Below, in pieces: positions 57,533-64,000 of a stretch of DNA of 64,000 nucleotides (position 1 is the stretch's first letter; each line of letters starts with the position of its first letter). The notes under the pieces are model-generated. The model saw nothing but the letters and a program-made list of their open reading frames with translations. It was not told where the DNA came from and searched no databases. The position numbers were made by a program, and so were the translations under genes. The stretch spans positions 122,365 through 186,364 of the forward strand of contig JBBRPR010000013.1 in the NCBI GenBank assembly GCA_038227875.1, written 5' to 3'. The stretch comes from Planctomycetota bacterium. Lineage in GTDB: Bacteria; Planctomycetota; SZUA-567; H5-PLA8.

Positions 57533-59644
57533 TTAGCGCACTTTAAACGCCGCGGACGTGGCGTTGAGCTGATTGCCGGCCGTATCCTGAACTTCAATCG
57601 TGAGCATGTATTCCCCGGGCGCCACGTCGGAGCCCGTGGAGATCTTGAACGTTTCTGCCGTCACAGCGTCGTTGGTCTTGAAGTTCAGTTTCGGCACGGT
57701 GACGCGGTAGCGGCCCTCGCGGACCAGTTCGCGCGTGAAGCCGCCGCCGGCTTTTTTCATCACCAGCTTCAGGGTGCTCAGATCGATGCCGGCTGAATCC
57801 TTCAATGCGATCGTGAAGACCGGCTGCACCTCCAAGGGTTCGGCGCCGACGGGCGTGACGGTCCATTCCGGCGGCTTCTTGTTCATGTAGAAGGAAATTT
57901 CCGGGACTTCAATGTCCGTGGTCCCGTCGCTGACGTGAACGTTGACGACGTGCTTGCCGTCGGTCAGTTCCTCTTCTTTGGGCAGGAACATGATCTGCGA
58001 ACCTGCACGCGCCGGCTGTACGTCCTTATTGTCGAGCTTCATGGTGACAGACTGGATCGTGTTAATGTTCACGCCGCGCAGCGTGGCCCGGATCAGCGGT
58101 CGCGCGCCGAAGCGCAATCCACCCCACGGCCGGATGTCGGTGACTTCGGCCTTGCCGCCCAGTTCGCGCAGCAGCCGCGTGAGCACCTGGGAACTCATGC
58201 CCTTGCTCTTGGCCAAATTCAGGGCGTCGTACGCTTTGCGCTCATCGCCGCGTTCCAGGAAGTTGACGCCTTGAGCGTAGTAGGTGCGCGGATCGTCGGG
58301 GCTGAGCTTGACCATGTCGTCGCACAGTGTGGTGCATCGGGCTGCGAGCGCCGTGCGATTGCTGTTGGTCGGATCCAGCAGCCAGAACTTACGACGGACG
58401 CAGGCGAGTTGCCGCAGCTTGCCGGTGATCTTGTCTTCCAGCTTGATATCGGCTTTGCTGAAGTAGTTCTCCCAGAGCTGATCCTCTTCCTGCAGCAGCG
58501 TGTTGATCTCACTGACGGCTGCCTGGTCGACCTGAGGCGGAAAGGTCTTGCCGGCCAATTCGACCCAGGGATTGGAGACCGGGGTTTCGCCATTGAATCC
58601 TGTGACGGGCACGGAGAGCGACTTGCCCAGCTCGTTGATTCGGTCTTCCATCAGCGCGGCCTGGTTCACATACGCACGCCCATCCTTGGCGTCCTTGTTG
58701 ATGGCATCGTTAAAATTAGTGCGCGCCTGCTTGAAGTAGGTCTTGGAGTATTCCGGATCGTTCTTGAGCAACCCCTTGGCGATGCCCAGGGCGTTGATCA
58801 CCGAGACCTCCGCCTTGCCATAGGCGGGCAGTTCACGCTGCACGCGCTGCATTAAGTCCTGACGCTGCGGGACGGAGATGTCGCGCTGAACCATGCCGCC
58901 GAGCATGGCCAGCCGGCGATTGTCCTGAGGGCTGGGTAGTCCAGGCAATCCCGACGGCTGCATCGCCTGCGAGCGTTCGAATTCGGCGAGCGCTTCGTTG
59001 CACTTGCCCTGCTGAAAGAGAATCAGGCCATGGAGCGTGTACAGTTGCTGCAGCGAACTGAGCGACGGTGGCGGTGTACCGTTGAGGGCGTCGTCGTAGG
59101 TCTTCTGCAAATCGGAGACGCTCTTCGGCTGCGCCAGCGCTTTGACGAAGGCCAGATTCGCCAGCGCATCGCCGTTGGTTTTCTGGGCATCGACGGCCTT
59201 CTGAAAGAGCGATTCCGTTTCCACGGCAGCCGTGGTGTACTTGGCGGAATCATCATTGGAGGTGGCGCGGAAGTGCGCCACGCCGGCTCCGACCCAGGCG
59301 TAAGCCTTGTCGTCGGGCGTCGCCGTGGAACTTCCAGCGGCTTCTTTGAACGCAGCCTCGGCCTCGGTGAATTTTTTGAGGCGGAGGAGGATGGAACCCA
59401 GATACAACCGCACATTGGTTTTGCCGGGCATTACTTTCAAGAGTGAACGGCAGGCTTCCGCGCCCTCTTCCTGAATAGGCGGGCTTTCACTGTTCATGCC
59501 CGCGATTACCGTGTCGTGGTAGTAACCTTCCAGGCGGACGTCGCTGTTGCTGCTCCACAATTTCAAAATGAAAATCAGAATGGCGACGCAGCCAACGGCC
59601 CAGACGATCGCATGGATACGAATATCAACAGGTCCGATCTTCAT
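57533..59644 (-). CDS. Membrane-anchored TPR protein with C-terminal Ig-like domains
   Basis: N-terminal TM, multiple TPR helices, IEVQDTAGN. Confidence 0.75.
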   Translation of the reverse strand: MKIGPVDIRIHAIVWAVGCVAILIFILKLWSSNSDVRLEGYYHDTVIAGMNSESPPIQEEGAEACRSLLKVMPGKTNVRLYLGSILLRLKKFTEAEAAFKEAAGSSTATPDDKAYAWVGAGVAHFRATSNDDSAKYTTAAVETESLFQKAVDAQKTNGDALANLAFVKALAQPKSVSDLQKTYDDALNGTPPPSLSSLQQLYTLHGLILFQQGKCNEALAEFERSQAMQPSGLPGLPSPQDNRRLAMLGGMVQRDISVPQRQDLMQRVQRELPAYGKAEVSVINALGIAKGLLKNDPEYSKTYFKQARTNFNDAINKDAKDGRAYVNQAALMEDRINELGKSLSVPVTGFNGETPVSNPWVELAGKTFPPQVDQAAVSEINTLLQEEDQLWENYFSKADIKLEDKITGKLRQLACVRRKFWLLDPTNSNRTALAARCTTLCDDMVKLSPDDPRTYYAQGVNFLERGDERKAYDALNLAKSKGMSSQVLTRLLRELGGKAEVTDIRPWGGLRFGARPLIRATLRGVNINTIQSVTMKLDNKDVQPARAGSQIMFLPKEEELTDGKHVVNVHVSDGTTDIEVPEISFYMNKKPPEWTVTPVGAEPLEVQPVFTIALKDSAGIDLSTLKLVMKKAGGGFTRELVREGRYRVTVPKLNFKTNDAVTAETFKISTGSDVAPGEYMLTIEVQDTAGNQLNATSAAFKVR

Positions 59645-59660
59645 CGCGTCTGGTTTCCTG

Positions 59661-60131
59661 CTATTTCAGCTTGCCGTAAATGGCGTACGACGGAATCGGA
59701 CCCACGGTGGTGGAATCGCGGCCAAACATGGGCTTGTCGCAAATGAGGTATACGCATCCGTGCGGAACTTTGATCGGCGCCCATTTCTGCGCCGGAACGC
59801 CAGGCGTGAATTTAGTCGGCGCCCCGTTCACCAGCACCGCCGTGCCGTTGAGCTCAATGGTCTGTCCTTCGACCGCGGCGACGCGCGCCACGCGTGGTTC
59901 GGGCTGTCCGCCGGGCACCCAGTACGCGACGATGTCATCCTGGTGAATTTTGGACGGCTCGGTCGCGGAGGTGTTCACAAAATAACTGCCCGACGGATAT
60001 TGAATCTGATCGATACTTTGATCGTTGGCATCGATCGTGATCTTTTCGCGGAACTTGAAAAGTTTCCCCGCGCCGACGATCACCGCCACGGCCAGCACCA
60101 ATCGCACAAAGTAATGGAAGAGGACGCGCAC
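59661..60131 (-). CDS. Signal peptidase I (S26)-like protein, probably catalytically inactive
   Basis: DDIVAY, RVARVAAVEGQTI, VLVNG, KVPHGCVYLICD..RDST.VGPIP..IYGK. Confidence 0.72.
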   Translation of the reverse strand: MRVLFHYFVRLVLAVAVIVGAGKLFKFREKITIDANDQSIDQIQYPSGSYFVNTSATEPSKIHQDDIVAYWVPGGQPEPRVARVAAVEGQTIELNGTAVLVNGAPTKFTPGVPAQKWAPIKVPHGCVYLICDKPMFGRDSTTVGPIPSYAIYGKLK

Positions 60132-60340
60132 GGAATCAAACTCCAGGTGTTCAACCGATTGCGGTTACAGCGTGTGGAAACAGCATTCAAGATTGCTTGG
60201 ACGGTGTTACCTTCTTGCAGACATTCGGTCAAGGCGTGAAACCGATCCCGTTTCCCTTACTGAATTTAGGAACATTGAGCATTGCTCCATAAGTAAGACG
60301 TGAACACGTGCATTAATACTGCGTTTACTCCTTTCAAATT

Positions 60341-60356
60341 ATTGACTTACGTCAAT
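60341..60356. promoter_or_regulatory. CRP/FNR-like palindromic operator
   Basis: ATTGAC-TTAC-GTCAAT in the divergent intergenic region, about 50 bp before the HU gene. Confidence 0.45.
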
Positions 60357-60404
60357 TTCGGTGTACCCTATTCATCAGAAGTTAACAGCTTATGGGGGTG
60401 AACC

Positions 60405-60758
60405 GTGGCCACGACTAAGCGCGAACTGGTCAGACGGGTAGCTCAAACCACCGGGCACAAGCAGAACGTCGCCAAAGAGATCATTCAGAAGTTTCTGGAT
60501 GAGATCGTCGATGAGCTGGCTCAGGGGCACCGGCTGGAATTCCGGGAATTCGGAATCTTCGACACCATTCATAAACGCGAACGCGTCGCACGCAACCCGC
60601 GCACGGGCGCGACGGTGACCGTGCCTCCGAAGACCGTGGTCTATTTCAAAGTCGGGCGGCTGATGAAAGCGCGCGTCCGCGATCTGCAAGCCCAGGCCAA
60701 AGCTCAAGCCCAGGCCGCGGCTGAGAAATCGAACGGCAGCGGCGCTGTAAATGCATAA
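60405..60758 (+). CDS. HU/IHF family DNA-binding protein
   Basis: TKRELV, EFREFGIF, ARNPRTG, FKVGRLMK. Confidence 0.93.
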   Translation: MATTKRELVRRVAQTTGHKQNVAKEIIQKFLDEIVDELAQGHRLEFREFGIFDTIHKRERVARNPRTGATVTVPPKTVVYFKVGRLMKARVRDLQAQAKAQAQAAAEKSNGSGAVNA

Positions 60759-60892
60759 GTCTGATTCCAGCTGCGGCTGGAACGCTGTTTTGTTTTGCAA
60801 GGCACAGCATTCCGTGGTAAGAGATCGACCATCTTTTTGAGCTCAGTTGGCGCCGCTTGCACAGTGAGCGCTGGTGTGGAGAAGGAAAAGCC

Positions 60893-61321
60893 ATGGCGTC
60901 GCCGCCCATTGCGATCACGTTGAGCAAGTTTGAACAGCTTGAGATTCTGCGCGCCGAAATTGAACTCCGCGAAGGTGAACTCAAGCAGGTTGAAAAGCAG
61001 ATTCGCGACTGCATGTTCGAGCTCGAACGCCAGCGCTTCCTGCAGACGATTCACCCTGTCTTTGCGCAGCTGGCTCCGCCTGAACAGGCCGCCAATCTGC
61101 CGCAGCTTCATGCCAATCGCGAAACGCTGGCCGACGCGGTGCGCACAATGCAGGCGATGATGACGCAGTTGGAAAGCGAAACGGCCGGACAGTCCGCGCC
61201 GGCGTCGCGCAATCCCGGCTTGCAGCGCCCGGGCGCGCCTGCTCCGGCGGCTGGAGCGCCGCGGCGCGCGAAGTTCGATTCGTTCGAAGATTTCCGCGCC
61301 ACCAAGCCGGGCGGAACTTGA
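60893..61321 (+). CDS. Hypothetical coiled-coil protein
   Basis: GGAGAAGG RBS, heptad pattern, typical codon usage. Confidence 0.7.
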   Translation: MASPPIAITLSKFEQLEILRAEIELREGELKQVEKQIRDCMFELERQRFLQTIHPVFAQLAPPEQAANLPQLHANRETLADAVRTMQAMMTQLESETAGQSAPASRNPGLQRPGAPAPAAGAPRRAKFDSFEDFRATKPGGT

Positions 61322-61410
61322 TTCAGGCGATTCAGGCTCGAATGGGAAGTGGTTTACAACAGGGATTTCACCGCATAGAGTAAAACTCCGGTCTTTAGCG
61401 AGAATGTCTC

Positions 61411-61893
61411 GTGGCCGCAATGAACTCACTCCGATGCAAGGCTCCCGGGTGTAAAAAGCCCGCTCATGCACTCGGCTATTGCCAGACCTGTTACGATAAA
61501 ATCAGAAAGAAGAAGAGTTCCCAAAAAATGAAAAGCCATGCCTCCGACAAGAAGCACGCCAAGTCTGACAACCACAAGTCCAATCATAAGTCAGATCACA
61601 AGGCCGACTCCAAAGAACACAAAGACCACAAAGACCATAAGGAAAAGGATCACAAGGCCGATCCCAAGGCGGTGAAACACGCCGACAAACAAGCCAAGGC
61701 CCAACCCGAAGCAGAAAAGCAGGTCAAAGGTTTGAAAAAAGACAAGAATCGTGCCTCCGCCGCCGTTGCCGTGCCCGCGGTACACGCCGAAGAAAAACCC
61801 ACCCGTCTGGCGCTGATCAAGGCCCGCCACGAATCCATGAAGCGCGAGATCGACCAGATCCGCGAAGACCTGGAATCGGACGAGGACGAGTAA
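61411..61893 (+). CDS. Lys/His-rich protein with N-terminal Cys4 Zn-finger-like motif and acidic C-terminal helix
   Basis: CKAPGCKKPAHALGYCQTCY; DHK repeats; start could be 61411 or 61420. Confidence 0.7.
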   Translation: MAAMNSLRCKAPGCKKPAHALGYCQTCYDKIRKKKSSQKMKSHASDKKHAKSDNHKSNHKSDHKADSKEHKDHKDHKEKDHKADPKAVKHADKQAKAQPEAEKQVKGLKKDKNRASAAVAVPAVHAEEKPTRLALIKARHESMKREIDQIREDLESDEDE

Positions 61894-61901
61894 CTCTTTT
61901 C

Positions 61902-61984
61902 CTCACGCAAAGCCGCTAAGAACAGCAAAGAATGGATGGGACTTGGGGCGATTCCGGTCCCATCAGTTCTTTTAGCTTTGCGTG
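61902..61984. repeat. CACGCAAAGCCGC-family inverted-repeat element (short copy)
   Basis: CTCACGCAAAGCCGCTAAGAAC / GTTCTTTTAGCTTTGCGTG with inner GATGGGAC/GTCCCATC stem. Confidence 0.75.
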
Positions 61985-62119
61985 CTTTCACACGCTTAAA
62001 TTCGTCGCTTGGCGTCACGCCACCGGCACGGGTGGCATCACGCTTGCATTTCTCCCTCCAGACTGCGAATGGCATCAGTTTTTTGTGCCAATTCCACACG
62101 GTCTGAGGGAGAAGCCGAC

Positions 62120-63175
62120 ATGCTGCGTTTCGTTATCCTGCTCGCCTTAACTTGCGCGACTGCGTTTGGCGTGGAACAGGCAGCGATTCCGATTGGGCTG
62201 GACCACGTTCCGCATCCCAAGGACGCCGATGAGCAATTCGCGCGCGAGCTGAATTTATCGTACAAGACCGACCTGGCTCCATGGGCTGAAAGCGAGCCGG
62301 GAAAATTCGATTGGCCCGCGCAGGCCGGACAAGACAAGTACCTCGAACACCTCAAGGATTTGAAGCGGCGTGGGTTCCTGATCTCGGAGACCTTCACGGT
62401 CGTCCACATGGATCAGAAACACCTCCCGCTCGATATTTTCGACAAGCCGTTCAATGATCCGGCGGTGCTCGAGCGCTGGGAGAAATTCCTGACGGCGTGG
62501 GTCACGCGGTACGGCGAGGCCGTCGACTGTGTCATCATCGGCAACGAAGTGAACAGCTACTTCGGCGGGCACCCGAAGGAATGGAAGCCGTGGCTGGAAT
62601 TCATGAAGCGCAGTTACGCGGTGATCCATCGCGTGCGTCCGGCGCTGAAAGTCGGCACGGTGATCAAGGCCGAAGAATGCGAGAACTACTGGAAGGATTG
62701 CCAGTCGTATTGCGATTTCCTGGGGGTCACCTATTACGCACCGAACAGCACGTTCGTGAAAAGTCCGACCAGCCAGGCGCTGGACCCGAAGAACAAGCTC
62801 TACTTCGGCCGCGTACTCGATGGCGTGTTGCGCTACGCCGGCGCCAAGCCGGTGCTGTTTACGGAAGTCGGCTGCGCCACGGCGCCGGAGATCGATTCCT
62901 CGCCGGAGTTGCAGGCTCAGTTCATTCAGGAATTGTTCAAATGGATGCGCGGGAAGGAATCGCGCGTGCTGGGTATGTCGTGGCTTTCCGTTTCCGACTG
63001 GAATCTGGAAGGCACGCGCGAAAATTTGCAGGGCAATCTGGATCCCAAGCTGCTGCGCGACGACCGCTTCCTGCATTACCTCACGTCGCTGGGGCTGATC
63101 TACGAGACGGGCACGCCGAAGCTCGGGTATGGCGTCTTCAAGGCGGAGTCGGCCGCTTACCGTGGGAAGAAGTGA
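62120..63175 (+). CDS. Secreted clan GH-A glycoside hydrolase-like protein
   Basis: Signal peptide; PWAESEPGKFDW, IGNEVN (acid/base), LFTEVG (nucleophile). Confidence 0.78.
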   Translation: MLRFVILLALTCATAFGVEQAAIPIGLDHVPHPKDADEQFARELNLSYKTDLAPWAESEPGKFDWPAQAGQDKYLEHLKDLKRRGFLISETFTVVHMDQKHLPLDIFDKPFNDPAVLERWEKFLTAWVTRYGEAVDCVIIGNEVNSYFGGHPKEWKPWLEFMKRSYAVIHRVRPALKVGTVIKAEECENYWKDCQSYCDFLGVTYYAPNSTFVKSPTSQALDPKNKLYFGRVLDGVLRYAGAKPVLFTEVGCATAPEIDSSPELQAQFIQELFKWMRGKESRVLGMSWLSVSDWNLEGTRENLQGNLDPKLLRDDRFLHYLTSLGLIYETGTPKLGYGVFKAESAAYRGKK

Positions 63176-63183
63176 ACTGCTGG

Positions 63184-63332
63184 TCTCACGCAAAGCCGCA
63201 AAGACGCCAAGAACTGCAAAGAACTGAATGGAACTTTAGGTGAGAGGTCGCGGAACTCCGCTATTTCCTGACCACATCCCATTTTTGCAGTTGCTGTTGC
63301 TGTTCTTTGCGTCTTTGCGGCTTTGCGTGAGA
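63184..63332. repeat. CACGCAAAGCCGC-family inverted-repeat element
   Basis: TCTCACGCAAAGCCGCAAAGACGC / GCGTCTTTGCGGCTTTGCGTGAGA perfect 24-bp arms. Confidence 0.85.
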
Positions 63333-63407
63333 TTGGAGACGCTCAAGACTCTGGCAATAAATTGAAACACCGGCTAAAACGCTATCCCATATTATACGGC
63401 TCTAAAA

Positions 63408-63866
63408 ATGGGGAGCGTTCGCGTGCAGATCACCCTGCTGAATTGGAATATCAAATGCGGCTGCAATACGGGGCTGCTGCAGAACGGCTGGCCCAAGCGC
63501 AAACTGCCGCTGAAAGAAGCGCTGACGTCGGAGCGTTTCGACGTGCTCTGTGTTCAAGAAGCCCTGCTCGATCAGCTGCGGTTCATCGATGGATTTCTGC
63601 CGCGCTATCAGCGTTTCGGCGCGGGACGGACCGACGGTATTAGCGCGGGCGAACACTGTGCGATCTACATTTTGAAAGAACGCTTTGAAGCCACGCACGA
63701 CGGTACGTTCTGGCTGAGCGCCACGCCGAAAAAACCGAGCCGTTCGTTCGATCCCCCGCCCCTGCCTCCGCGGGTCTGTTCGTGGGTGGCGCTGCGGGAC
63801 AAGCAGACCGGCAAGCGCGCGCGAGTGTTCAACACGCACTTTCCGCTCATGGTTGGTGCGCTGTAA
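63408..63866 (+). pseudogene. Endonuclease/exonuclease/phosphatase family protein, truncated
   Basis: NWNI, DVLCVQEAL, GEHCAIY, GTFWLS, FNTHF, then a stop before the GDFN and SDH motifs. Confidence 0.7.
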
Positions 63867-64000
63867 ACGGCGGTCGAAAACTGGAGCGGAGGGCGGGCGA
63901 AAAACGTAGCACTCTGCCCAACGTACTGCTTCCTGCTGGAATGTCTATTCCGCCTGGTGAGACGACTATTTAGTTTCGGATTTAGAGGGCTCGTCGCCGC

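Noticed and set aside
55875..63332. Possible CRISPR array from recurring CACGCAAAG repeats
   Set aside because: Copies are dispersed and inverted, not direct repeats with regular spacers; no cas genes.

Overview
High-GC bacterial chromosomal window, most likely from a Planctomycetota lineage (inference: TIGR03067-like domain, prenyltransferase-repeat protein, Zn-ribbon/TM proteins, PKD-bearing giant surface protein). No rRNA, tRNA, CRISPR array or transposase was recognised. In order: (1) 1-6077, an operon with the tail of a FeeM/OxzA-like N-acyl amino acid synthase, separate ThiF and nitroreductase genes (a split version of the OxzB oxazolone synthetase architecture), a small unknown gene and a DevBCA-like exporter whose adaptor carries an HTH domain; (2) TPR-SPOR lipoprotein, sulfatase, threonine aldolase, serA and two lyase-like proteins; (3) a 2933-aa repetitive surface protein and a porin; (4) a minus-strand run of FHA-AsmA-like protein, SurA-like PPIase, STAND-like ATPase, degenerate AAA_35-like ATPase and Ser/Thr kinase (apparent frameshift); (5) mixed housekeeping and accessory genes, including a general-stress cassette, a NifU whose scaffold domain has lost its cysteines, dcd, rsmD, a signal peptidase pseudo-enzyme operon, HU and a histone-like Zn-finger protein. 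Intergenic DNA holds several families of small inverted-repeat elements, including a 101-bp MITE-like element in two copies. All calls are from motif recognition by eye; no searches were run.
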